Shown: positions 13,690 to 26,903 of the stretch, piece by piece
How positions within the stretch are numbered: position 1 is the stretch's first letter
How the letters are laid out: the number at the start of each line of letters is the position of its first letter
Assembly (NCBI GenBank): GCA_051362555.1
Contig: CM120647.1
Coordinates: 5,828,001-5,892,000, forward strand
DNA length: 64,000 bases
DNA from: Lingula anatina
Lineage: Eukaryota > Animalia > Brachiopoda
Direction: 5' to 3'
Position numbers and translations under genes: made by a program
Notes under the pieces: generated by a model
Seen by the model: only the letters and a program-made list of their open reading frames with translations
Database searches by the model: none
Told to the model about the DNA's origin: nothing

Positions 13690-15945
13690 CTAATAACAAG
13701 AACAATAAAAAAACTACTTTTTTGCTTCAGATTCTTGATAATCGAAATATATTAAGAAGGGATTTAAGTACATGTACAATTAAGTGTGTCATGTGTGTTA
13801 TGAAGCACTAGATACTTAATCAGCTTGGGATCACCCAGTGCAAATACAATACCACAGGTTATACTGTTGCTTGAAATAAAAGTGCTCTCCAGTGTATTAT
13901 GATGCTGACACTTTAAAGTTGAAGTCTCGCCTTTAGATTGCTTTAATTTGTGGTTTTCACACCCACCAGAACTCCACGGCACTCTATATGAATTATATCG
14001 GAAGCACTATGGGATTCTTATGTAGGAAATACGCCTCACAGGACCCTATACGTTGGCAAAATAAATAAATAAATAAATAAATAAATTAATTAATTAATTA
14101 ATAAGATCAACACGTTTGTCTTATTAACTAGTTGGAAGGCTTGTTAAGAAGAACATTGATAACCATTCTTAGTCCAACTGAGTCAACATGAAGGCCTCTC
14201 TCATAAGGGAGTAGTAAATACTGCGGTTTAAATGCAGCAATTGGCCCAGTCTAAACGTGCCATATTTTAGATCAAACCCTCTGACTGAACGTAGAAAAAT
14301 ATATTGGAAATTGGATTCTTAGGGTAACAGATTTCTTAATGCACGCACATCTGTGAGAAGGGTGTTTTTAACATGCATTTGTCACTTAAAAAAATCTACC
14401 AATGTCTTTTTTTCCTCTACCAATTTGTGCGTATGCATTTATTACAGAATTATTAGAGTACCAGTATATAAAGCAACATTGATGACAGGATGTTTTTGTA
14501 GTATTTGTGTCGTTTTCTGTAATATGATAAAAGAAATGTAGCTTGGTGTACAATGATAGATATTCAACTTTTTAATAGGACTGTGAAAAATGAACAGTTG
14601 TTCATAAGACATGAGTTGATTATTTTTTTTTTCAAATTTTGAATATTTGTTCATGTAAAATAGATTAAAAAAGACTGTAAGCCACCATGTGCTCGACAAG
14701 ATTAATTAAAAAAATATATCGGCATTAATTTTGTCAGGTTCATTTGTTATTCTGGTTATGTACAGGCACACGTTGGTTTGTCACCATCGTCACCGTGCAC
14801 TTTCACCGATAACACAATAAGTGGGAAAACGTTTTTCTTTTTTGTCTTTAAACTTATGGAACTGATGAAAATTTAAAAATTATCAGGTCAAGTTTGAAAA
14901 TCAGCTTGAGCGGACCATTTATTAAAGTTATGCAGTTTTTTGCTATTTATCAGCATATATGCAACGCTGATAAAGCAGTTCAAGGAAAACCAATGTCCAT
15001 TGTCCTGAAATTAATAGGCTATAAAAGAAGTGATCAATCTTACTAACATACAGGTCGATTCTAAAATTAGGAAAAGTCATGCAGTTTTTTGCCTTTTTTA
15101 CCGTACATTTAACACTGATAGCACATTCCAAGAAAAACCAATAGGCCTATTAAATTGAAACTAATAGAAATGATTAACCTTACTAAATACAGTAAATCAA
15201 GTAAAAAATCAAGTAAAAAATTAACTCGATTACCTCAATTTTGATAAAGTGTTGCCTTTTTTGTATATGAGTGTTTTCTCTTCAGATTCGATAGCCATAT
15301 TAACAGTCTCATTATTGAACTAATCAGATATGTTAAAGTGTTCTTTTGACATTTTCTGCATCTTATCAACATTGTTAGTGAATATAAAAGCAAGTGTCAA
15401 AAATGGATATCAACTCACATCATTGCAGTTTGTCAGGTTCAATCATTCATTATGTTCAGAATCTCAAAATGGTGCAAATTGGACATTTAAAATTGTCCTA
15501 TTGATATTTTCCTACATTGTCAACAATTTTCTTAGTTGATCATATAAAAATAAAAGTAAATTGATCGTTTTGTTTTATTTAAAAAAAGGGTGTTGAAAAT
15601 GGAAAGAAACTCATTTCAGTACAGTTATGTTTTGTTTACATTTAGGCATTTTCAAGGTGTGACTTTAAACTTCCATTAGCTTTCAGACCTTTGCTAGTCA
15701 CAATTGCTGAATACCCACGATACTTATACTTAATTATTAAAGATAAGTGGTGATTATGCTGTTAAGCATTATGTAATATTGCATCAAAATTGAAGAAAAC
15801 ACTATTTTGGGCACTGCATCCATAGTGACAATTAAAGGAAAACCATGCGACGTACTCTTCTCAAATTTACAGGAAAGAAACAAAGGACTTAATTACAGTT
15901 TTAGTTTGAAGATCTGTCCTATTGGTTAATTTTACTGGAAGTTAA

Positions 15946-16278
15946 AGGGATAAAAACTCTTCCAATGAGATCCAAGTTTCACAATAAATACATTGTAAAC
16001 AACTCTTAGAAATAGTACTTATTCTATTTTACCACAAAAACGACAGTAATAGCAATAAATCTGAAATATGTGCTTGCCATCCGACCATGTGGCATCCATA
16101 GAAAGCTACTCTGTAATTATCTCTTAAGAAATTATTACAAAAAAAAATAACAATTAGAAAAAAATACAGACTTACTTTGAATGTAGAAATGGATTCATTA
16201 ACCATTGGTAAGTATGGGAAAATTGCAGTTTACCCCAGGAAAAAAATGTTTTGTCCAAAATGAACAGTTATTATCCCT
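15946..16278. mobile_element. Kolobok-like MITE, older copy
   Basis: ttaa-agggataaaaactcttc ... gttattatccct-ttaa, with internal similarity to 29074-29410. Further partial copies near 28650-28872 and 37975-38192. Confidence 0.75.
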
Positions 16279-17029
16279 TTAAACAGATTTTGTTAAAATT
16301 TAATGTTTAACATATGGGCATTTTCAATCAAATGTTCTAAATATCCATGTCATTAATAGTTGAAAATTTTTAAAAAATGGGTGTATATTATAAAGTTAAT
16401 CATTATGTAATATTGGATCAAAATTGACAAAAAACTTTCTTCGTGCACTGCCACCACAAATGTTAAGAAAGCAAAACTGTGTTACTTATTATTTTTTGTA
16501 ACTTACTTATTATTTTTTTGTTACTTACAAGAATGGTTCTTAGGATTGATATTCATCTCACAATACTTTCTTCCAAACAGTAGGCCTGTATTATGAGCTC
16601 ATTAAATCAACTTACTGATGCACTAAAGACAGGTGGGAAAGATATCATTTATTTTTTGGAGTTGAATATACCATCTTAAAAAATTCAAAACGGCCCTTAG
16701 CAATCATGGATATGTTTTGTGGCTCCAAAATATGAATGGTGTCATACTTCGTCCTAGCTTCAAACGCCATTCAAAGTGTTCAATGTATTTTCCTTCTACT
16801 TAAAAAGGGGTTACAGTTACCGTGTTAAACATCTACCAGTCTTATTTAGGTGAGAATGATTGCAAATGGATGTTTGTCTATGGAGTAGCATATTCACAAT
16901 TGAAGAGAGAGGGGGGGAATAGAGTACAATAACACAGGTCATCCACACAGTGAACTTGACTTCAGACATTTATTTATCTCACTTAATGGTGAAATAATCT
17001 TGCAATCATGTGATAAAATAAAATTTCAC

Positions 17030-18110
17030 TTATTCGAGAATCTCAGACCAACTGGCTGCAGGGGGCATCCCGCAAACTGAAAAAAAAAGATAAAAATGAG
17101 ACACCATTAAAATATTTAAAAAACAGCTGAATATGAGGGTTTTTTTAGTTTTTCAAAGTAAAATGTACTTTATTTATATCTTTATCGATGGGTAAATGCG
17201 ATCTTTGAGAAGATTAATAAATCACACCCATCACAATTTTAAGTTCACCCGGTCGAATCTGATGTGATGTTATATAACACCCAGTCACGTATAACACAAT
17301 TAAGTCACAACTAACACAATTTTATAACACACCCAGTGACAACTAACACAATTTTATAACACATCCAGTGACAACTAACACAATTTTATAACACAGTCAG
17401 TGACAACTAACACAATTTTATAACACAGTCAGTGACAACTAACACAATTTTATAACACACTCAAACACAACTAACACAGTTGTATAATACACTCAGTGAC
17501 AATTAAAACAATTTTATTATACACTCAGGGATAACTACAGCACCAAGTCACAACTAAAGCAATGTAAAAGCACACACATTCACAAAAATTTCATGGACCG
17601 TGACTATTCCTTCATACCTCCGGTATGTTCCATTGCCACATACTTCTGTTCTCTCATACATGGGTCCGAAGAAATACGGTTTAACAATCTGGCAACGTCG
17701 CTGGGACTGAAGCACATGTACCGGGTCCAGAGGTGATATGTATTCTCGCCAAGTTCTGGGTGGTATTGGCGGCACAATACGAAGTGACCATTTGTTTCTA
17801 CAAGGGTTTTATAATACATAATGGTCCCATCTGAAAGGATGGGAATATAACTAGAGTTAGAGACAAGGTGTTTCAAAGAATTTGTTGAAATTATCATTGA
17901 AAAAGGAGAGAAATGTCAGCAAATGCAATTGTTCAGAGTGCTCAGACATCCACAAAAGTACCACAAATGGAATGATTATTCTTAATCAAGTAATGATTTT
18001 ATACATCAATTTAGATATTAATTAAGCTCAATCAGCATTTATCAATTAACAATTCAAAACTTAAATACTGTCAAACCAACTCCTAGCCATAAGTATATGA
18101 TCACAAAAAG

Positions 18111-18156
<46 letters not shown>

Positions 18157-19460
18157 CTTGAACCAGATTCCAGAGGTCACCGGAAAGTCTTCTCTAGTTA
18201 TAAGCTTCCTTTTAACCATTTTCTAGAAACATCCTGAAAAGCGGCGTAGGCTACATTGCACAATCTTACCGTCTTTTGTGGCTGCAAGAACACCTGGTTG
18301 CCCTGTTGGAAAATGTGTGAAGTCAAACTCGTCGCAAGTGTTCTCATTTGACCAGCTGTAAAACAGAATGAAAACCAAGGTGAGGTGTGTGAAAGGTGGA
18401 GAGACCATTACATGATTTAGCGGTCTTCCTTTCATGTAAGGCCCGCCATATTTAGGTCGTGGTCTAGCTAGCACTCGGCTCTTCTCACTCTGAATGGTCC
18501 CTTATATAATTGACGTATCTAAAAAAATTCTCGAATCCTCCAATCTGGTTTTACTTTAAATTAAATTAATATCGTCTATATATAAATGTTTGGGAATATT
18601 TGGCAGGTATAACCAAGTATATTGGATTTTTTTATAATCATTTTATATTGATTGATGTCACATGAGACAAGGATCAGTATTAAGTCGGGCCTGGTTTGCA
18701 ATAAAAATTAATCTTTCCGCTGAATTGTCGTCCTGACATGAAATACACAGTTGCTCTCTCCTGTATAACTGTAATTCCTAAAACCAAAAGGAAATCTCAA
18801 GGGAAACAAAAATTGTCAACGTCTTTTGTCTGCTATATAATTTAGAGCTTACTCTGCGTAGCTCCCGAAATCTTGCTTTCTATGAAGCTAGCTTGTGAAG
18901 AATTGTCACTATATCGGTACATCTTTGTTGCTCTTACCTTCTAAACCTGTGCATTCTAAAACCGGGGCCGCCGTTTTTCTCATCCAGGTAGGTCACATTT
19001 AAACGACCGTTCTGCAGATATCTAGACTTGTCGTGTGTAGACAGCAGGGTGACCACCAACTCCCACCAATTTCCATTTAACTATTAATAATAATATGAAC
19101 AACAGCAACACTAATAATAATAATAATAATTATATCAACAATAGCAACAACATTAACAATAATAATAATAATAATAAGTTATACTTTAAAACTCGTTAAT
19201 GGCATCACGTTTCATAATTTTTAATATTTTGGATTAAGATGGATTATATCCGGTTATAAAAGAAAAAGGCTTTTTAATCTATGGAAAGACTAACATGCAT
19301 ATCACAGCATGCTTTTTAAGGGACGTACCTTACTCAAATCAAGATCTGCGATGGGAGGAAGGTTGCACTTCTTAGGAAATGACATAATTCTGACCTTTTT
19401 CCTCGACGACACCAATATAACCACACTGCAAGCAACCAGCAGAAAGAGGAACCTGTACAT
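17030..19460 (-). CDS. Secreted lipocalin, array copy 3, 206 aa
   Basis: Exons 19460-19329, 19080-18938, 18355-18270, 17830-17618, 17076-17030. MYRFLFLLVACS...DLDLSK|LNGNWWEL...|WSNENTCDEF...|...VETNGHFVLCRQ...LWTR...|VCGMPPAASWSEILE*. Confidence 0.9.
17280..17560. repeat. ~31-bp minisatellite in lipocalin 3 intron 4
   Basis: Tandem cagtgacaactaacacaattttataacaca units. Shorter degenerate arrays occur in intron 4 of the other copies. Confidence 0.8.
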
Positions 19461-19906
19461 TTTGCTTCTATGAGATGCACTCGTATTTAGGCAGTAGCAC
19501 GTAGATGAGCTAACCGATGAGCAAAAATTGATAACCGTGAGCTGAAATAAATAGTGCCTCGATAGCCTGCTTTCTCGGGTCCTACGGTTCTGTTAACAGA
19601 CAGACTTAACAATACAGAAGCTGCGCTATTACAATTATTACCTAGGCACTTGTTTCTCTTTAAGATAAATGTTGTATTTCCGACTTAACAGGTCGACCTT
19701 CACAGGGCTATAACCATTCATATGGTTTCTATTTATGAGGTTTGGTTGATGAGCCAATGGTATCATTCCTTTCAACACTTCCTCGTCCACCATACGGGGA
19801 CTTTGGTGATAACCCCAGGAAAATTCTCTTTCAGATCTGAATAAAATTGTTTACTATTATGTTTTAAAAGTGACATTATGTTAATTGCTATATTTATGTG
19901 CTTATC

Positions 19907-20059
19907 TCCTAGACCTACATGTACGGGCTCTAACGGAGCGCCATTTTTCTAATCCAGATAAGTAACATTGATGCCGCCGTTCTACAGATACACTGTACTT
20001 CGACTTATATCCTGTGCAGGCGGCAGGGTGACGACCAACCCATACCAAACTCCAGTTAA
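19907..20059 (-). pseudogene. Orphan lipocalin exon 2 relic (second copy)
   Basis: Reads LTGVWYGLVVTLPPAQD...VYL* with stops and a GA instead of GT donor. Lies in a block paralogous to 13440-14770. Confidence 0.8.
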
Positions 20060-21407
20060 CTATTAACAAAAACAACAAGAACAATAAAAGCAACTATTTT
20101 TTTGCTTTGGATTTTTAAATATTGGAATATACCAAGAAGGAATTTTATTCCATGTAAATTGTTTCCTGTGGGTTATGGAGTATCAGATGCCTAATCAGCC
20201 TGGGATCACCCACTGCAAATACAATACCACAGGTTATACTGTTGTTTGAAATAAACGTGCTCTTAAGTGTATTATGATGCTGACACTTAAAAGTTGAAGT
20301 CGCGCCTTTATACTTCACTTTAATTTGTGGTTCACTGTCAATAAGTATGTCACCCACCAGAACTCCACGGCACTCTATATGAATTATATCGGAAGCACTA
20401 TGGGATTATTATTATTATGAAGGGAATACGCCTCACAGGACCCTATTCGTTGGCAAATAAATAAATAAATAAATAAATAAAAATAAGAACAAAGAATGTA
20501 AAAAATATGAATACGTTTGTCTCATTAACTAGTTGGAAGGCTTCTCTATCAGTATGACAAAGTTTGTTAAGAATAACATTGATAACCATTCTTAGACCAA
20601 CTGAGTCAACATGTAGGCCTCTCTCATAAGGGACTGGTAATTACTGCGGTTTAAATGCAGCAATCGGTCCAGTCTAAACCTGCAAAATTTTGTATCAAAC
20701 TCTCTGAATGACGAAACAATATATATTGGAGACTAGATTGTACGAGTGGCAGGTTTCAAATGCAGGCACATATACTGTTTTGGCTCATCTGTGCGAAGAG
20801 TGTTTTTAACATGCATTTGTCACTTTAAAAAAATCTACCAAATGTCTATTTTCCTCTACCAATTTGTGCGTATGCATTTATTACAGAATGATTGGAGTAC
20901 CAGTATATAAAGCAACATTGATGACAATATGTTTTTGTAGTGTTTGTGCCGTTTCCTGTAATATGATAAAAGAAATGGAGATTGGTGTACAATGATAAAT
21001 ATTCAATAAAACACTGTGAAAAATGAACAGTTGTTCATCAAACGTGATTATTCTGAAGTGATTTATTTTAAAATTTCCCAGTATTTGTTCAAGAAAAAAT
21101 ACAACGAAAAAGACTGTGGGCCATTATGTGCTCGACAAGATTAATTAAAAAATTTGATTAAATAATTAAAATTATCCCAGGTTCATTTGATATTCTATTT
21201 ATGTACAGACACACATGTGTCATCTTATTTAGGTGAGAATGATTGCAAATGGATGTTTGTCTATGGAGTAGCATATTTACAGTTGAAGAGAGAGGGGAGA
21301 ACAGAGTACAATAATACAGGTCATCAACACAGTGAACTTGACTTCAGAAATTTATTTATTTCACTTAATGGTAAAATAATCTTGCGGTCATGTGATAAAA
21401 GACAATT

Positions 21408-24400
21408 TCACTCCAGAATCTCAGACCAACTGGCTGCAGGGGGGATCCCGCAAACTGAAAAAAAAAGTTAAAACTGGACACCATTAAAATATTATAAAAC
21501 ATAAGTTGTCTGTTAACGGCTGAAAATGAGGTAATAGAACTGTTTATTTATGTTTTATTTTTCAAAGTAAAATGTACTGTGTTAATATTTTTATTGACGG
21601 GGAAATGTAATATTTGAGAAGATTAGTAAATCGCACCCATCACAAAACTTTAATGGCACCCAGTCATATCTGACGTGATATTATATAACACCAAGTCACG
21701 TATAACATCGTCACAACTAACACGATTTTATAATATACTAAGGCCACACTTTTTTTATTTTTATTGATGACATCCTGCGTGCGCACCGATTTTCGTCCGT
21801 TCTCCGGAAAAAAAAAAACTCACCCCAAACGAAGTCGGTTGTCACAAACTTCCTTATTGAATTTTGCCGGAAAATGAGCTTTCTGCGCATGCATATTATC
21901 GCCACGTGGAAATTTGCGGCCTTGCCGACAAATTCATCTCTAGCTGTCAAGTTACACGGACAATTAAAGTCATAAAGAGGACGGAGACCGTCACTTTGGA
22001 TTGGTATGTCATTGATATTGGGCATGTAAGATATCACCTTTCTATAATTATTCGAAAGGCTGGCGGCGGCCGGCGATAATCGGAAAATTTCAGTGACATT
22101 CTGTCCAAAGCAGCACATGTTTTTTGTAGCGAAAACAGGGTCGACAAGGGCGTCAAGGTATTTGGTGGGCTGAAGGCATGTTTGTTTATTATTATATGAT
22201 TCATTGATTGGTATACCAACAAAATGCATAAAATAACCTTAAAGGGATAATAACTCTTCGTTTTGGTCAAAAAATGAATTTTCCTGGAGTAAACAACAAT
22301 TTTCCCATACTAACCAAAGGTTAATAAATCCATTTTTACATTCAAAGTTAGTCCCTGGTTTTTTTCTAAAAAGTTTGGTTTTTTGTTAAAATCTCTTAAG
22401 AGATTATAACAGAGTATAGCCATCAATGGAGGTCACGTGATCTAAAGACAAGCGCAGATATCAGAATAATAGCTATAACTGCCGTTTTTGCGTTAAAACA
22501 GACTATATTATATTTCTATGAGGTGTGTACAATGTTTTTATTGTGAAATATAGATATGAAATACGAAGAGTTATTATCCCTTTAATATAGATTTGGTAAT
22601 ATGCAGCATATCTATTCCTGACTTTTTTAACCTTTCTATGAAGTACTGACAATGCTTTAATATTTTGAGTGCGTGGATAAAGACATAGTGTTAGTTTGAT
22701 ACGTGTTTCTGTGGTAAATTTGTTTCCAGCTGGGTACTGACAGCATTCCTTAACTTAAGCAGTATTTTTTTTTTTTTGGACTGTTTTTTTTTTTCACCCT
22801 CTCGCACCAATTTCGGGGTACCCAGAGGATGTCATCCATAAAAATAAAAAAGTGTGGCCTAAGTAACAACTAACACAATTTTATAACACACTCAGTGACA
22901 ACTAGAAAAGCACACTTAGAGGGCAGACCTCCGCCAAGGCAGCAATTATTGATTATTATTAATTATTGGTTAATTATTGATCCGGATCACCACCCAAAAA
23001 TAATCACTTTTAAGTTAATTCATTTCTGACCTACCCTGAAAATTTCACCAAAAGTTAGGTTTTAGTTAGGTTGATGATTGATTTTTGATTATTAATTATT
23101 GATTGATTATTGATCTGGATCACCACCAAAAACTAATCATCTCTTCTATGGTCCACTTCTGACAGGTCCGGAAAATTTCATCAAAACAGGCCTATAAATT
23201 TTTGAGTTATGTTGATGACATACATACAAACAGATAAACAAACAGGGGTGAAAACATACAAACTAACACACTGCTACAGCACCAAGACACAACTAAAACA
23301 ATGTAAAACCACACCCAGCCACAACAATGCCACGAACTGTGACTGTTTCTACATACCTCCAGTATGTTCCATTGCCACATACTTCTTTTCTCCCATACAT
23401 GGGTCCGAAGAAATACGGTTTAACAATCTAGCAACGTCGCCGGGACTGAAGCACATGTACCGGCTCCAGAGGTGGTATGTGTTCTCGTCAAGTTCTGGGT
23501 AGTATTGGCGGCTCAATACGAAGTGACCATCTGTTTCTATAACAGTATCGTAGAACATTATGGTTCCATCTGGAAGGATGGAAATATAACTAGAGTTAGA
23601 GACAAAGTATCTCAAATAATTTGTTGAAATTATTAGGATAAATAAATATTGAGGAATGAGAGAAATGTCAGAAAATGCAATTATTCACAGAGCTCAGACT
23701 TCCACCAAAGTACCACAATGGGAATGATAATTATTCTTAATCAAGTAATGATTTTTTTAAAAATCAGTTAAACTATTAATTAATTAATTAATTAATAAGC
23801 TCAATTACCATTATCAATTAACAATCAAACCAATTCCTAGCCAGTTTTACGAAAGTATATGACCACAAAAAGTCATTATTATTATTATGAACAAAATTCC
23901 AAAGGTTACCGGAAAGTCTTCTCTAGTTAAAAGCTTCCTTTCATGCATTTTCAGTGAGTTTTCCAGAAACTCCATTAAACACGGCGAAGGCTTAATTACA
24001 CAAACTTACCATCTTTTATGGCTACAAGTACTCCCGGTTGTTCTGTTTGATAATACGTAAAGTTATATACGTCGCACGTGTTCTCATTTGACCAACTGTA
24101 AATCAAATTTAGAACCAAGGCTGAGTGCTAACTGATTTTGCTTGGTTATTTGCCTTCACTAGTTTACATTTAAATAAGAGGCGTTTCTAAAAAAAGCTCC
24201 ATTTACGAAACCGTGTGCCTTACTTATTTGTGCCACCATAGAACTAACCAGGGCGCCATGGATGCTCAAATGCGCTACAGTGGACGCTCGAGAGCAGGTT
24301 CCCGTAACTCGAAAGCATCGCGTATTGCGAATGTCGATATCACATAGAGGCTACGTGTGAGATAATACACTGTCACCCGAGCGATATATGCCATAACATC

Positions 24401-26903
24401 AAGACATGGCATATATCGCGAGAGGGTGACAGTGTATTATTTGACATACATACCGAGACAAAATACAGTCATTTCATCCTAAAACACCCCTAAAACCGAA
24501 TAAAGTGACCCTATATCACGCTCTAGGGATGTTATAGGAAATAAACTCGTCCACGTGCGCTGGTCACCTCCCGCCAAATTCTAACGTAATGTCTGACCAA
24601 TTTGGTCAATTTTTGCTAAATACTTGTCATGGGCGTTCAACTGCCGTGAAAAGTATTTAATCAATCGTCGACACTGACCATGCGCGTCTCAGCTGAGCCA
24701 CACCCAGCTGGACCTGCTGCAGAAAAAAGATCCCAAGGCAAAATCTCTACTTTTAAGTGACATTTCTGATAAACAAGGAGCGTCGGACCGGAATATAGTC
24801 AAACTAATTTTTCACAAGTGCAAAAGAGAAAGAAATGTACTTTTTGGTGATATTTCTGACAACGAGGCAGTTTCGGAATATAGTCAAAAGCAAACGGATG
24901 TTTATTACAAGTTCATGGGAGTAATAATTCTAGTTTTCATTGTTATTCCTGACGACGAGGCGGTTACGGAATATAGTCACCACCAAACGGATGTTTATTT
25001 TAAGTTCACGGGAGTAATAATTCTAGTTTTCATTATTTCTGACGACGAGGCGGTTACGGAATATAGTCAAAATCAAACGGATGTTTATTTCAAGGCCACA
25101 GGAGTAATAATTCTACGTTTTGGTGACATTTTTACTACGAGGCGGTTTCGGAATATACATGTGTCAGAGTATGGAGCATGCTACATGTAGTTACAAGTTC
25201 AAAGGGAGAAAATATTTGATTTTTACTGATATATCTGATAAAGAGGAAGAATGAACAGCTTAAAAACAAAAGGTAAATAACACAATCCTTGTTTAAAAAG
25301 TTATAGATTTACAAATAATTTGTACGCACGTGTGGCTTAAATGTAAACTAATTCCCGTTTTCAAATCATACCCATATGATATGACTTAGTGTAATTAAAT
25401 TATAAATAATTGTTTAACGTGAAATGTTTATTCTAGTTTTTTAAGAGTGTGAGAGATTAAAAATGTGTCTGCTGGTAGGTATATAACGCAAGCAACGTCA
25501 CTATTCTCTTGATGCCAAGAAGGTCTAATGATCAATCTGTCTTTGACTTCCAGCATTTAAGAGACCTCGACCGATTTAACCAAGATGTAGTCGTGAAATT
25601 CTAGACTACATCGAGGTTAAATCCGAGTTTTCCGAGAGACGCTACGCAGAAATGTCGAGTGAAGCGAGATATTTTTGGGTAGCGGCTCGAGGTTGCCCTC
25701 GATCTTCACTGAAGCTTGTCTCAATGGACAGGCTTCAGTGATCATCATATCGCCACGGTAACATAACATCCCTAGGTATGTATAATATATTATATGGGGC
25801 GAGTATGGTCAAGTTATGGAACCGACACGCTAGCGCTCGGTCGCAATGTGCGATGCTTTCGAGTTACAGGTCGTACAATTGATCTGAAAGCGTCGTCATG
25901 AACGCTATGATAGCCACAAAGTTTTCCCCATTTTCAAAACAATTCCGTATATGGGTCATTTCAAAGCATTTTGCCGCTTTACAACCATTTCTCGAATCCT
26001 TGAAATGGGCTTTATTTTAAACTAAATGAATATCGTCTATATCTAAATGTTTGGGAATATTTGACAGGTATAACCTAGTATATTGGAATTATTTTTATTT
26101 CATAATTATTATACTGCGTGACGTCAGATAGGACAACGATACGTGTTAAGTCGGCCATGGTTTGAGATAAAAATTAATATTTCCGCCGGAATATTCGTCT
26201 AAGAAAGCAAAACAAATCTGACATGAAATACACGGTTACTTTCTCCTGTTTTGCTTCGTGTCATAAGTGAAAAAAACCAGGAAAATCTGATTACATAAAT
26301 TTTGTCACCTTCTTTTTGGGTACTCACTTGTCTGCTATATTTTCAAAGCCTACTGTTCTGAAATCTCGTTTAGTATCACGCTAAGTTGCGAAGAATTGTC
26401 TCTTTATCGGTTCACCTGTGTTGCTCTTACCTTCTAAACCTGTGCATTCTAAAACCGGGGCCGCCGCTGTTCTCATCCAGGTAGGTCACATTTAAACGAC
26501 CGTTCTGCAGATATCTAGACTCGTCGTGTGTAGACAGCAGGGTGACCACCAACTGCCACCAATTTCCATTTAACTTATAATAATAATTATAATAACAAAT
26601 GTCTCAAATATCAGACATTTTAAACTCGGTTAATGGCTTCGTATTTAATAATTTTTAAGGTTTTGAATTAAGACGGAAAATATCCGATTTTAAAAGAAAG
26701 AAACAGGCATTTAAACTAAACTATGCAAAGACCTAACATGCATAACTCAGTATATCCTTTAATGGACGTACCTTACTCAAATCAAGATCCGCGATAGGAT
26801 CAAGGTTGCACTGCTCAGGAAATGGCATAAGTCTGGCCTTTTCCCTTGACGACACCAAGATAACCACACTGCAAGCAACCGTTAGAAACAGTAACCTGTA
26901 CAT
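21408..26903 (-). CDS. Secreted lipocalin, array copy 4, 206 aa
   Basis: Exons 26903-26772, 26573-26431, 24095-24010, 23569-23357, 21454-21408. MYRLLFLTVACS...|LNGNWWQL...|WSNENTCDVY...|...IETDGHF...LWSR...|VCGIPPAASWSEILE*. Introns 2 and 4 are enlarged by transposon insertions. Confidence 0.9.
21742..22859. mobile_element. PIF/Harbinger-like MITE
   Basis: About 35-bp TIR ggccacacttttttatttttat.gatgacatcct with a TAA duplication on both sides. Contains a nested TTAA element. Confidence 0.8.
22243..22581. mobile_element. Kolobok-like MITE (TTAA TSD), nested
   Basis: TIR agggataataactcttcg flanked by TTAA. Near-identical inverted copy at 29074-29410. Confidence 0.8.
24301..25870. mobile_element. 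Unclassified TIR element or composite insertion in lipocalin 4 intron 2
   Basis: 30-bp TIR cccgtaactcgaaagcatcgcgtattgcga / tcgcaatgtgcgatgctttcgagttacagg. Absent from the paralogous intron at about 11110. Contains internal hairpins and ~90-bp tandem repeats. Confidence 0.75.

Noticed and set aside
17280-17560. Regular ~31-bp repeats resembling a CRISPR array
   Set aside because: Head-to-tail units with no unique spacers, inside a eukaryotic intron, with no cas genes.
21738-22229. 163-aa ORF
   Set aside because: Lies in a MITE interior with no transposase or other recognisable motif.
24915-25190. 91-aa repetitive ORF (DDEAVTEYS...)
   Set aside because: Arises from ~90-bp tandem repeats inside an intronic insertion, with no splice or homology support.
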